From Candidatus Hydrogenedentota bacterium (GTDB lineage Bacteria > Hydrogenedentota > Hydrogenedentia > Hydrogenedentales > SLHB01), in the NCBI GenBank assembly GCA_963745075.1, contig CAVUWV010000001.1, positions 192,001 to 256,000 on the forward strand: a DNA stretch of 64,000 nucleotides, in the 5' to 3' direction. The notes below the pieces were generated by a model. That model saw nothing but the letters and a program-made list of their open reading frames with translations. It did not search any database and was not told the DNA's origin. The translations under genes were made by a program, and so were the position numbers. Position 1 is the stretch's first letter; each line of letters starts with the position of its first letter. Positions 50,277 through 59,566 of the stretch are shown here, one piece after another.

Positions 50277-50756
50277 TCAGCTTTTTGCCGCTTCTTCGAC
50301 AACCACGCGGTTGCCGCGCACCTCAATCACACGCACGGCAGTACCGCGCACGATGTACTCGCCGCTCGAGACGGCGTTCGTGCGTATGCCATTGAGCATG
50401 ACCGTCCCCGCCGGACGCAGGTCGGTGAAGACTTCGCCGAGCGCTCCAATCAGTTTGGCGTCGGAGACATCCGAGACCCAACCCGCGTCTTGCGGCTGGT
50501 CTTGCGTAAGGATCATCGCCTTGCCGACGATCGATCGCGGGAAGAAGTAGAACCCCAGTCCAATGGCCACGGTGGCCGCGATCCCCTCGCCAAAGATTAC
50601 CAGCAGCCCGTGCTGCGGAAACGTATAGAGCGCGAAACCGCAACTGACGACGAGAAAGACGCCCCCGAGAATTCCGCAGACCAATCCCGGCAGGATAAAC
50701 TCCGCGAGAATCAGAATGATGCCGGCTACGAAGAAGAACGCGATCCACCAGATCAT
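50277..50756 (-). CDS. nfeD: Short NfeD family protein
   Basis: TM region LILAEFILPG, plus OB-fold LIGALGEVFTDLRPAG...GEYIVRGTAVRVIEVRGNRVVV. Confidence 0.9.
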   Translation of the reverse strand: MIWWIAFFFVAGIILILAEFILPGLVCGILGGVFLVVSCGFALYTFPQHGLLVIFGEGIAATVAIGLGFYFFPRSIVGKAMILTQDQPQDAGWVSDVSDAKLIGALGEVFTDLRPAGTVMLNGIRTNAVSSGEYIVRGTAVRVIEVRGNRVVVEEAAKS

Positions 50757-51052
50757 TTCTTCTGCTCCTCCGCGGATTCGAGAAGCGTGAGGAGCTGCCC
50801 GATCTCCAGCCGTATACTCTGGCTGACCTTCATCTTGTCGGCGGGATCTTTGGGATCGGTCTCTTCAATTTCGTCAAAGGTGCCGATCAGGCCGTCTGCT
50901 TCCGGAAACAGTCGCCGGGCTTGTTCCAGAAGCTTGTTGTAACGCCGGGCCATGGGCGTGCAACTGTAGTAGCCGGCGCCTTGCTGCTGAATCACATGCA
51001 TCTCTTCCCGCAACCCCTTCAGCATATGAATCAATGACGTGCGAACATCCAT
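50753..51052 (-). CDS. Hypothetical 99-aa helical cytoplasmic protein
   Basis: RBS ggagga; ATGA overlap with the short nfeD; no recognisable motif. Confidence 0.7.
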   Translation of the reverse strand: MDVRTSLIHMLKGLREEMHVIQQQGAGYYSCTPMARRYNKLLEQARRLFPEADGLIGTFDEIEETDPKDPADKMKVSQSIRLEIGQLLTLLESAEEQKK

Positions 51053-51082
51053 GGGAATATCTTCCTCCCCCCGAAATTCCGC

Positions 51083-52726
51083 TCAGGGTTTTTCTTTCAG
51101 CCGGTCGACGACGTACCGGTTGCCTTCCACTTCAACGATTTCGATCGGTGTGCCTTCCTCGATAAACTCCGCGCGACTCACGACCTGAAACGTCTTATCG
51201 CCAAAACGTCCGCGCCCCGCGGGACGCAACATGCTGGTCGCGACACCCTTCAACCCGATCGATGAAGTACGGTCCCGAACCGACTGGACGGAATAACCGT
51301 CGGTCGCGTGCTGGGCGTGGGCCAGCACCAACCGCCCGTATATTGGGGTACGCGGAAATACCTTCCAGAAGATTACGCTCAAAACCACAAAACCAACGGT
51401 CGTCAGCGTGACGGTTTTCCCCGCATCTCGCAGGCGATCGAAACTCCACGAATACTCCGGGAACGAGAATTCGGAGAAGGTAAAGGACAAATAGAGCCCG
51501 GCAAGCAGGGATAGGATCCCCAGCACTCCGCAGATCCCGAAACCCGGCAACACGAAGGCTTCAATCGCGATGAGGATCAACCCCGCCAGTACGAGCAACA
51601 AGTCGATCCAGTCCGCAAGCCCGATGACGCTGCGCGCACCAAAGAACAAGGCCAACGCCACAATGCCGACTATGCCCGGCAAGCCGAATCCGGGCGTTCG
51701 GATTTCAAGGTAAATCCCCCCGAGCCCTAAGATTAACAAGAGGCTTGACACTTCGGGGCTGGTCAGCCAGCGAAACAACTCTTCCGACCACGTCAGTTCG
51801 AGGGTTACTTGGCGTGCGTTTTCCAGACCCTCCCCGCGGATCAGATTATCCAACGTCCGGTACTCCCCTTTGGCCAAGCGATACTTGATGGCCTCGTCCG
51901 GCGTCAGCGTCAGGAGCTTATCCGGTCCCACGACGATATGGGCGCCTTCCATCCCCGACGCGATTGCCGCTTGGACGGCCTGTTCACCCTTGCTCGGGCC
52001 GGACTCTTTGGTACTGCTCAAGCCCTTGAGGAAGTCCTTCAATGGTCCCAGATCGAGATTGGTGTTCTCCTCGAGCTTCTGGACGATGCCTTCCAACGCG
52101 GATGCGCCGCTTCCGGCGCTGCCGGACTGACCCGCGTTGGTGGCGTAAACGTCGAACGTTCCATCTCCGCGTGGAATGGCAATGAGTTCAATGTCCTTGT
52201 CCACCATCGCCATGCCGATATCGGGATTGTGTCCCTTCTCTTCCCCCAACGCCGCAATCTTCGAGCGGAGAAAGGAGGTCTCCTTTTCCCCGGCCGGCGT
52301 GACGCCTTCGCCCGTCATGCGCACGACTTGCGACGCGCCGATATTGCTCGCCGGCGCCATGAAGATCTCGTCGCAAGAATAGCTGATGATTGCCCCCGCC
52401 GAGATGGCCCCCATCCCCTTGATATAGGCGATGGTCTTGCACGGCGCGTTCAGGATGGATTTCGTAATCTCGATAGCCGAATCCAGCCGGCCGCCCGGCG
52501 TATCGATGATGAAGATGATCGCCTCGGCGTTCCGGGCTTCGGAGATCGCGCGATTCACGAGGACCAGAATACCGTCGTCGATCATCGTCCCCTGTTCGGT
52601 GACGATGGGACAGATCACAATATAGGGTTGGTCGCCGGTGGGGCTGTCGGGCTGCTGGGCGATTGCACTAAACGCCAGCATCATCGACACGCAAATCGCT
52701 GCTACCATTCGGACCATCGATCGCAT
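51083..52726 (-). CDS. nfeD: Long NfeD (YqeZ-like) membrane-bound ClpP-class serine protease
   Basis: Signal peptide, IDTPGG, AISAGA (catalytic Ser), NIGAS, EKETS (Lys), LLTLT, EIRTPGFG TM block and C-terminal LRPAG OB-fold. Start approximate. Confidence 0.9.
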   Translation of the reverse strand: MRSMVRMVAAICVSMMLAFSAIAQQPDSPTGDQPYIVICPIVTEQGTMIDDGILVLVNRAISEARNAEAIIFIIDTPGGRLDSAIEITKSILNAPCKTIAYIKGMGAISAGAIISYSCDEIFMAPASNIGASQVVRMTGEGVTPAGEKETSFLRSKIAALGEEKGHNPDIGMAMVDKDIELIAIPRGDGTFDVYATNAGQSGSAGSGASALEGIVQKLEENTNLDLGPLKDFLKGLSSTKESGPSKGEQAVQAAIASGMEGAHIVVGPDKLLTLTPDEAIKYRLAKGEYRTLDNLIRGEGLENARQVTLELTWSEELFRWLTSPEVSSLLLILGLGGIYLEIRTPGFGLPGIVGIVALALFFGARSVIGLADWIDLLLVLAGLILIAIEAFVLPGFGICGVLGILSLLAGLYLSFTFSEFSFPEYSWSFDRLRDAGKTVTLTTVGFVVLSVIFWKVFPRTPIYGRLVLAHAQHATDGYSVQSVRDRTSSIGLKGVATSMLRPAGRGRFGDKTFQVVSRAEFIEEGTPIEIVEVEGNRYVVDRLKEKP

Positions 52727-52996
52727 ACCTCTTATGGGATTTACATGCGCATAACGCCTTGACGCCCATGCGCAACGCCCGTAGATCCCTTCACGCCTCA
52801 TTCTAGGCCCTTCCCCAATTTTGATCAATATCCGGTTGATGGCGCTAACGTTACAGAAACCACCGTTTCCGCTGGCACTGGGTACTGGGGTCGCGCTGAC
52901 CGCATCCAGAGCGAAGATCCTTGAAGGATGCCCAGCCGAGAAATGCCGGAACCGTTGTCCTGGAATGGCGTCGATAGACGCTTGGTATCAGGCTGG

Positions 52997-53902
52997 TTAC
53001 GAAATCAGCCGCCGGAGGGCTCCGAAAATTCCACTCCGAGTCGGGCTGACCTTCTGCGCGCCCTCCTGCAGTCGGCGGCGCGGCGGCGTCGCGGTCACGC
53101 GCACCAGAACCGCGGTTACGTTATCCGGGGCGCCTGCCTCCAACGCGCGACCGACCAGCACACGACCCGCGCCTTGCAGATTCTCCCCGGCCAATGCTGC
53201 GGCCAACTGCGCGTCCTCGACCACGTTCGAGAGCCCATCCGAGCAGATGAGCAGCGTGTCGCCTAACTTCAACTGCACCGCAAAGAGATCGACGTTGACG
53301 GCTTCCTTGGTGCCGACCGCCCGCGTAATCAGGTTCTTGAGCGAGTGGGTGCGCGCTTCCTGTTCCGAGATGTACCCGTTGCGGACTTGTTCGGCCACAA
53401 GCGAATGGTCGTCGGTGATCTGCCAAATCGCCTCCCCCTTCCGCAACAAATAGACCCGGCTGTCGCCGACCTGCGCAATATACGCGTGATCGCCGTCGAT
53501 GAGCAGCGTCGACATCGTCGTGCCCATCCCATAAAACTCGGGGTGGTTCTCCGCCTCCTGATAAATGCGCCGGTTGGCCTGACTGATGGACTCGGAAAGC
53601 CGCGCCGGGATGCCGGGTTCTCGTCGCGCGTAGTACTCCTCGACTAACGTGCGCAACGATAGCCGGCTGGCAAAGTCTCCGCCGCTGACCCCGCCCATAC
53701 CATCTGCAACGGCGAACAGGACCCCGCGTTCCTCGACGACGCGCTGATCGTCCGGCGCGCAAATGGCGCAACTGTCCTCATTGCGCGAGCGCTTCTTGCC
53801 AACGTCGGAGATCAGATGGGCTTCGAGATAAGGCCCGAACCAATGGTGCTCGTAGTTTCCGCCCTTCTCGGGTCCGGTATGGGTTTTCGAAATTACTGCC
53901 AT
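52997..53902 (-). CDS. PP2C-family (Stp1/PrpC-type) Ser/Thr phosphatase
   Basis: SDVGKKRSRNED, VADGMGG, MGTT, VGDSRVY, TDDHS, ICSDGL, DNVT. Confidence 0.95.
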   Translation of the reverse strand: MAVISKTHTGPEKGGNYEHHWFGPYLEAHLISDVGKKRSRNEDSCAICAPDDQRVVEERGVLFAVADGMGGVSGGDFASRLSLRTLVEEYYARREPGIPARLSESISQANRRIYQEAENHPEFYGMGTTMSTLLIDGDHAYIAQVGDSRVYLLRKGEAIWQITDDHSLVAEQVRNGYISEQEARTHSLKNLITRAVGTKEAVNVDLFAVQLKLGDTLLICSDGLSNVVEDAQLAAALAGENLQGAGRVLVGRALEAGAPDNVTAVLVRVTATPPRRRLQEGAQKVSPTRSGIFGALRRLIS

Positions 53903-54027
53903 TCAAGAAGTGCCCATATTTGCGGAACGGGAGGCCATGTTCCGTTCGATCATCTCTGCCCGTCGTGGCGGGCCATTATCCCTGTATTGTAGTGCCGATT
54001 TCGAGTCTATTGCAATGACACGGCCGG

Positions 54028-55041
54028 TCACTGGACACGGGCCGCGCGCCGGGGCGCCGCGAGTTTCACGACGAGCAACTCCAGGGCGAGCGTTCGGTCT
54101 ACTCCGGTAGACCGCAGCAGGATTTCAGTGTCCATACACAGCGAGAATGCATCGCGAAACTTCTCTTTGCCCAGTTTGGCCGCCAGCGGTTTGACCTTGT
54201 TGGCCAGGAACGGTTTCAGGCGATTCGCGGAGGGCGCGGCGGCGAAATAGGCCGTTTTCAGCAGCCAATTGATGGAGCCGAGGATCTCGAACTCGTTCTT
54301 GCCCAGATCGAGAATCTCCCGGAGCACGCGCACGGCCTTATCCGTGTCTGACGACGCAATGGCGTCCGTCAGTGACCAGATTTCTTCTTCCGCAACGTCG
54401 GCACAGGCCGTCGCCACGTCCGCCTTGGTGATCTTCTCGGCCGAACCCACGTAGTTGGTTACAAGGTTGATGGCATTGCTGACATCCCCCAGGCGCGTGC
54501 CGGTACGATCGATCAACTCCCGAACCGCAGACGAATCGATGCTCTTCCCCAGGCGCTCGATTTCCTTGCGGGCCCAAACCAGGGCATCTTGCTCCCTCAG
54601 TTCCGGGCATTCGACAATCGCCGCGGTCTTCGTGCAGGTCTTGTACAACTTCGAGCGCCGGTCCAGCCGATTGGCCACCAGGATGAGGATGGTCGATTCG
54701 CACGGGTTGCCGAGGTAATCGAGTAAGGGTCCTGCCGTCGATTCCGATTCGTAGCATTCCGCTCCGTTAACGAGTATGACTTGCCGTTCGCTCAGAAAGG
54801 GCATGGTTTGTGAGACCGAGACGATCTCGGCGGGATCGGCCTCGTCGGCGTAGTACGCGGAATAGGCCAGATCGCGCGTGCTCGGATCGACGTACAAATC
54901 AACCAACCGCTCCACGGCCTTCTGAGCGAGGACGGGTTCAAACGTAGCTTCTCGCGCACGGGGCGCTTTGTGGGGACAGAACAGGTAGATGGGGGCCGGC
55001 GCCTCGTTTTCCGCAGTCCTCAAGAATTCCAGGACGTCCAA
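54028..55041 (-). CDS. holA: DNA polymerase III subunit delta
   Basis: PIYLF, TMPFLSER.VILV, LDRRSKLYK, IWSLTDAI, LELLV; directly downstream of lptE. Confidence 0.88.
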   Translation of the reverse strand: MDVLEFLRTAENEAPAPIYLFCPHKAPRAREATFEPVLAQKAVERLVDLYVDPSTRDLAYSAYYADEADPAEIVSVSQTMPFLSERQVILVNGAECYESESTAGPLLDYLGNPCESTILILVANRLDRRSKLYKTCTKTAAIVECPELREQDALVWARKEIERLGKSIDSSAVRELIDRTGTRLGDVSNAINLVTNYVGSAEKITKADVATACADVAEEEIWSLTDAIASSDTDKAVRVLREILDLGKNEFEILGSINWLLKTAYFAAAPSANRLKPFLANKVKPLAAKLGKEKFRDAFSLCMDTEILLRSTGVDRTLALELLVVKLAAPRRAARVQ

Positions 55042-55044
55042 GGG

Positions 55045-55611
55045 TTACCAGGGCTCGACCGTACGGTAGAAGATGTCCGAGGCCAGTTGTTCGAGCGCTT
55101 CGGAGGCGCCACGATTTTCTTCTTCGCTCGCGAAAGAGCGGACCGTCGGAAGGAAGGCCTCCGCGTTTCCGCGCAGCCGATCCGAAGACTGCCCCGAGGC
55201 GCGGGTGTAGAAGCTGGTTTCACCCGCCATGCGCGGTTCTTCCCACAGCACCGTTCCCGTGTGACTGTCCGTGAGCCGCGCCCCCGCGAGTACCACGCAC
55301 AGGAACTGGGTCACTTCGTCATTCTCGTCATACGTGATGCCCTTGAGCTGGTAGTCGAGGATGACGCCCTCGAGCACGAGGTCCGCGTCGTCGCGGTCGA
55401 CCACCTGCAAGCGTCCGTCATTCAGGAACTTTCGCGTTAAGGCATTGGTGAGGGGAGCCTGCAGATCGTATTCCCGGCTCATGTTCTGGAACGCAGAGAC
55501 GAAGATCGTCTGGTACTTCTCGTCGAGCGAACTGCGCGTCGTGTATCCGCATCCCGAAACGACCACCAGCGACAACAAGATTCCGGAAAGCGTTGCCCGC
55601 CAAGTCTTCAT
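55045..55611 (-). CDS. lptE: LPS assembly lipoprotein LptE family
   Basis: Lipobox VVSGCGY, TIFVSAFQN, ADLVLEGVI; conserved lptE-holA order. Confidence 0.85.
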   Translation of the reverse strand: MKTWRATLSGILLSLVVVSGCGYTTRSSLDEKYQTIFVSAFQNMSREYDLQAPLTNALTRKFLNDGRLQVVDRDDADLVLEGVILDYQLKGITYDENDEVTQFLCVVLAGARLTDSHTGTVLWEEPRMAGETSFYTRASGQSSDRLRGNAEAFLPTVRSFASEEENRGASEALEQLASDIFYRTVEPW

Positions 55612-56588
55612 GAAGCCGCCCAGCGTTTGCTATGCCCGTGTTCGTTCAACCACGCTTCCGCTTCGGATGCGGCGGGCGTGCCGGGAAACTGTTCGACCAC
55701 GACTTCGTAGTAGATCGCGGCGGCGTCGAATTTGCGGCGTTTCTCATAGAATTTCGCCGTCAACAATCGCTGTTCGGCGACTTTGTTCTGCATCTCGGAT
55801 CGAATAGCGTCCAGTTCCGCCACACGGCTGTCGTTGGGAAAGCGCGCTTTGAAATCGTCGATGGCGTTGACCGCGAGCAGGCTGGGCGCCTGGTCGTAGG
55901 CCGGCGGGAGCGACGCATTGTAATACGTCATCGCCAAGCCGTAACTGGCTTCGTCCACCCAGTCCGAACCCGCGTAGTCCTCGATCACGCGCCGGTACTC
56001 GTACGCCGCTTCCGTGTATTCCTCGAGCGTGAAGTGACACAGCCCAACCTTGTACTGCGCTTCCGCGGCCGACGCCGTGAAGGGTTGATTGTCGATCACC
56101 ATGGCGTACACGTCGATGGCCCGGCGCAACGGGCGCTTCTTGAACGGTCGCCAGAACTTCTTCGCGAGATTGGCCTGACCCTTGTCGTAGAACCGATCGC
56201 CAATCTCGTACTGCTTCGCGATAACGTCGTCGAACAAATCGCTGTCGGGATACGTGGTCACGACCTGCTGAAATTCGCGGGCCGCAGCGAGATCATCGCC
56301 TTGGGCCATGCGAATCTCACCGCGGAGGAACTGGTTGTCATCCGCGAAATCCGTGTCCGCGTAATAATTGTCGAACTTTTCCGTTTCGCGGAGGGCCTTT
56401 TTGTAATCGCCCTGGGTCATCAGGCTCCGGGCATACTCCACCTGCAGTTCCGGCGTTTCTTTGGGCAGCCGTTTGATGTTGATCCAACGGCCGGTCTGGG
56501 GCGACCACGTCCATTGCGCCTGGGCCGCCGTCGAGAGCAACAGGAAGGGAATCAGCGCCGCTAGGGCCCACGAATAGGATTTGCGCAT
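55608..56588 (-). CDS. bamD: Outer membrane protein assembly factor BamD-like TPR protein
   Basis: TPR repeats, YPDSD, AYDQAPS, FKARFPND, AKFYEKRRKFDAAAIYYEVVVEQFPGT. Confidence 0.85.
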   Translation of the reverse strand: MRKSYSWALAALIPFLLLSTAAQAQWTWSPQTGRWINIKRLPKETPELQVEYARSLMTQGDYKKALRETEKFDNYYADTDFADDNQFLRGEIRMAQGDDLAAAREFQQVVTTYPDSDLFDDVIAKQYEIGDRFYDKGQANLAKKFWRPFKKRPLRRAIDVYAMVIDNQPFTASAAEAQYKVGLCHFTLEEYTEAAYEYRRVIEDYAGSDWVDEASYGLAMTYYNASLPPAYDQAPSLLAVNAIDDFKARFPNDSRVAELDAIRSEMQNKVAEQRLLTAKFYEKRRKFDAAAIYYEVVVEQFPGTPAASEAEAWLNEHGHSKRWAAS

Positions 56589-56707
56589 TCTCACGCCTCC
56601 GCTTGTGTTCGAAATCGAAAATCCAGACAGAATCCCCCCGCACGAACTTTCAGCGAGGACAACTATCCCTGGGACGGATTCTAGCAGCACGAAAGAGCCA
56701 TTAGCAA

Positions 56708-56743
56708 CACAAGGCGGAACCGGCACGCCGGTTCCGCCTTGTG
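56708..56743 (-). terminator. Strong hairpin downstream of the MFS gene (terminator-like)
   Basis: Perfect inverted repeat cacaaggcggaaccggc-ac-gccggttccgccttgtg, 12 nt after the stop. The U-tract is weak. Confidence 0.6.
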
Positions 56744-56755
56744 GATAGAGCTTTG

Positions 56756-58048
56756 CTACTCGGCTGCTTGCGACGCTTCCAGCCTTTCGGTCTGGTAACC
56801 GCCCTTGGCCTTATCCGAAAGGTAGACCAAAATAAAGACGATCGTGATCAGGACCGGCAGGATCGCCCAAATCTGCAGGGCGCGTTGGGGCCCGAAGTGG
56901 TCGTCGATGCGACCGATGATCGGCCCGGCAATCAACGTCGAGAAACTTCCCACACCACCGATGATGGCCAGACCGAGAGCACCGGTACGCGGGCAGCGCT
57001 CACTCGTAATCCCCAGCATCGTCGGCCACCAGAAGCACACACCCACGTAGACGAGCGTCGCCGCCAGGAAGAACATCGGCGGCGTGGTCGCGTAGTAGAA
57101 CAGAAAGAGACCCAACGCCGCGATGGGCGCCGTAACCACCATCAGCGCTACGGGCGAAAACACCGCGCGAATGGGTTTACTGAAAAATTGCCGCAAGATG
57201 TACATCAGGATACTGCCCCAGACCAGGGCCAGAATTCCGCCGCGTCCGCCCAGTACGTCATTGTAAATGTTGGCAATCCACTGGCCCGTGCCCAACTCCG
57301 TCGCCGCCGTCAACCACATCACGATGAAGAGGATGTAGAACAGGGGGCGGCGCAACGCTTCCGAGAACATTTCGCTGAAGCGCACGCCCGAGGCCACACG
57401 CTCCGTCGGCGGGAACTTCTGGCCGATGATCATGAACGTGTAAATCACCGCCGGGACCAATATCAGCGCCATCTTCACTTTCCAGCCAAGCCCGACTTGG
57501 GACAGGCCCCACGCCAGCACGCCACCAATGACAATGCCGCCGGGGAACCACGCGTGGAACAGGGTCAATTTGTGCGTCTTTTCCTCGGGGTACAGCGTCG
57601 CGATCAGTGGATTGCACACGGCTTCCACCAATCCGTTCCCCGCCCCCACAACGAATGTCGCGAACACCACCACCCAGAAGCTGGGTGCGAATATTGTTAG
57701 TAGAACCCCTCCGATATGACAGGCCGCCGCGAGCCGAAGCAGATTGCCCATGCCGAGTAAATCCACGAGGGGGCCGCCAAATAGGATGGCCAGGCCAAAG
57801 GATAGGAACGCGATGCCCGAGATAATCCCCAAGTTCTGTTTGACGAGGTCGGTATCTTCGCTGATGCCCAGAATCGTATTCACCCATTCGGGGCGCGATG
57901 CCGTGGCGCTACTTGCCTGTTGCGCGTCCACGTATGGTTGAACGAACTCCCCTTCGAAATCCGCCATGATATCGCCGCGAATGGCGAATGACATGGCGGT
58001 TGCAATCAGGGCAATGTTACTCGCCCAAAACAACATGGATTTGTTCAT
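56756..58048 (-). CDS. MFS transporter (sugar-type)
   Basis: About 12 TM segments; GPLVDLLGMG, GNGLVEAVCNPLIATLYP, FHAWFPGG, FWWPTMLG. Confidence 0.9.
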   Translation of the reverse strand: MNKSMLFWASNIALIATAMSFAIRGDIMADFEGEFVQPYVDAQQASSATASRPEWVNTILGISEDTDLVKQNLGIISGIAFLSFGLAILFGGPLVDLLGMGNLLRLAAACHIGGVLLTIFAPSFWVVVFATFVVGAGNGLVEAVCNPLIATLYPEEKTHKLTLFHAWFPGGIVIGGVLAWGLSQVGLGWKVKMALILVPAVIYTFMIIGQKFPPTERVASGVRFSEMFSEALRRPLFYILFIVMWLTAATELGTGQWIANIYNDVLGGRGGILALVWGSILMYILRQFFSKPIRAVFSPVALMVVTAPIAALGLFLFYYATTPPMFFLAATLVYVGVCFWWPTMLGITSERCPRTGALGLAIIGGVGSFSTLIAGPIIGRIDDHFGPQRALQIWAILPVLITIVFILVYLSDKAKGGYQTERLEASQAAE

Positions 58049-58179
58049 GGTCTGCTCCCTCCGACCCGTGCGTCAATGAATCCCCTCCGAATTACCCGGT
58101 CCGGGCAGCCCTGTCCCGGATCAAGCCCGATGATACTACTTACACACTCGCGAGAGGTCAAGCCATGCGGACGGGTCGC

Positions 58180-59361
58180 TTACCCCGCAGTGCAAACGTG
58201 CTTTGCCGCCGCCACGGCCCTTCCCGTCTGGATCGGCGCCTTCATCGCACCCAAAACCGCTTCCATTGCGCCGAGGCACAGCAACACGTTCTTGCCGGAC
58301 GACGCGTGGCCCATGAGCCCCACGCGCCAAATCTTGCCTGCCATGGCGCCGAGACCGGCCCCGATTTCGAGACTGTATTCGTTCAGCAAGGCCGACCGCA
58401 CCTTCGCTTCATCCACACCTTCCGGCACGGACACCGCGTTCAACTGCGGGAGCCGATAAGGCTCCTCCACGACGAAGCCCAGTCCCATGGCCTCGAATCC
58501 GGCGCGCAGCGCCTGATGGTTTTTGGCGTGCCGCGCCCATGCGTTCTCCAGTCCTTCTTCCTTCAAGATCACCAGCGCTTCATGAAGGGCGTAGAGTTGG
58601 TTGATCGGGGCCGTATGGTGATAGGCCCGCTTGCCCTCGCCGCCCCAGTAGGAAAGCACGAGCTGCACATCCAGAAACCAGGATTGGACTTTCGTCTTGC
58701 GGCTCTTGATGGTATCGACGGCACGCTCGCCAAAACTCACCGGCGAAATTCCCGGTGGGGCGGACAGGCACTTTTGCGAGCCGGAATAGATCGCGTCGAC
58801 GTGCCACTCATCCACCTTTACCGGCGTGCCTCCCAGCGAAGTGACGGCGTCGACGATGGTCAAGCAGTCCTGTTGGTGCGCGACCTCCACCAGCGACTTC
58901 ACATCGGACTGGGCGCCCGTGGAGGTCTCCGCCTGGACAAACGCGAGAATCTTCGCGTCCGGGTTGTTCTTCAACGCGTCTTCGGCCTTGTTCGGATCGA
59001 CCGGATGACCCCACTCGTCCTGGACCATAACGGCCTTGCCGCCGCAGCGTTCGACGTTCTCTTTCATGCGCCCGCCGAATGCGCCATTTTGACAAACCAC
59101 CACCGTGTCACCCGGTTCGACAAGGTTGACGAAACAACATTCCATCCCCGCAGAGCCCGGCGCCGACACCGGGAAAGTGACGGCGTTCTGCGTCTGAAAC
59201 GCGTACTGAAGCAACCCCTTGAGTTCATCCATCATCCGAATGAACTCGGGGTCGAGATGCCCAATCGTGGGGCGCGAAAGCGCCGCGAGCACGCGGGGAT
59301 TGATGTCCGACGGGCCCGGTCCCATAAGGGTGCGTTGCGGCGGATAGAAACTACCGGTCAT
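58180..59361 (-). CDS. Alanine-glyoxylate/serine-pyruvate aminotransferase (class V PLP)
   Basis: LMGPGPS, IGHLDPEF, GSAGME, AETSTG, VDAVTSLGG, SGSQKCLSAPPG, YHHTAP, WRVGLMG. Confidence 0.95.
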   Translation of the reverse strand: MTGSFYPPQRTLMGPGPSDINPRVLAALSRPTIGHLDPEFIRMMDELKGLLQYAFQTQNAVTFPVSAPGSAGMECCFVNLVEPGDTVVVCQNGAFGGRMKENVERCGGKAVMVQDEWGHPVDPNKAEDALKNNPDAKILAFVQAETSTGAQSDVKSLVEVAHQQDCLTIVDAVTSLGGTPVKVDEWHVDAIYSGSQKCLSAPPGISPVSFGERAVDTIKSRKTKVQSWFLDVQLVLSYWGGEGKRAYHHTAPINQLYALHEALVILKEEGLENAWARHAKNHQALRAGFEAMGLGFVVEEPYRLPQLNAVSVPEGVDEAKVRSALLNEYSLEIGAGLGAMAGKIWRVGLMGHASSGKNVLLCLGAMEAVLGAMKAPIQTGRAVAAAKHVCTAG

Positions 59362-59566
59362 GAAGAATTCCTCCCAAATGAACATCGAGGTCGGGGTGTC
59401 AGCACCAATAGATGGAAAGACTTACGTGGGACATCCTAGCGCGCGGCCAAGTCCACTTCAAAAACCAGATCGTTGCGCCGGATGGCTCTGCAGATCGCGT
59501 GCCGATTGGCAATACAATGGACCAGCAGTATAGAATTGGCTGTGTCAATAGACGGAAACAATCCCC

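Noticed and set aside
52760..52875. SigW/ECF-type promoter for the nfeD-floA operon
   Set aside because: GGAAAC...CGTT on the minus strand has a 14-nt spacer, too short to support the call.
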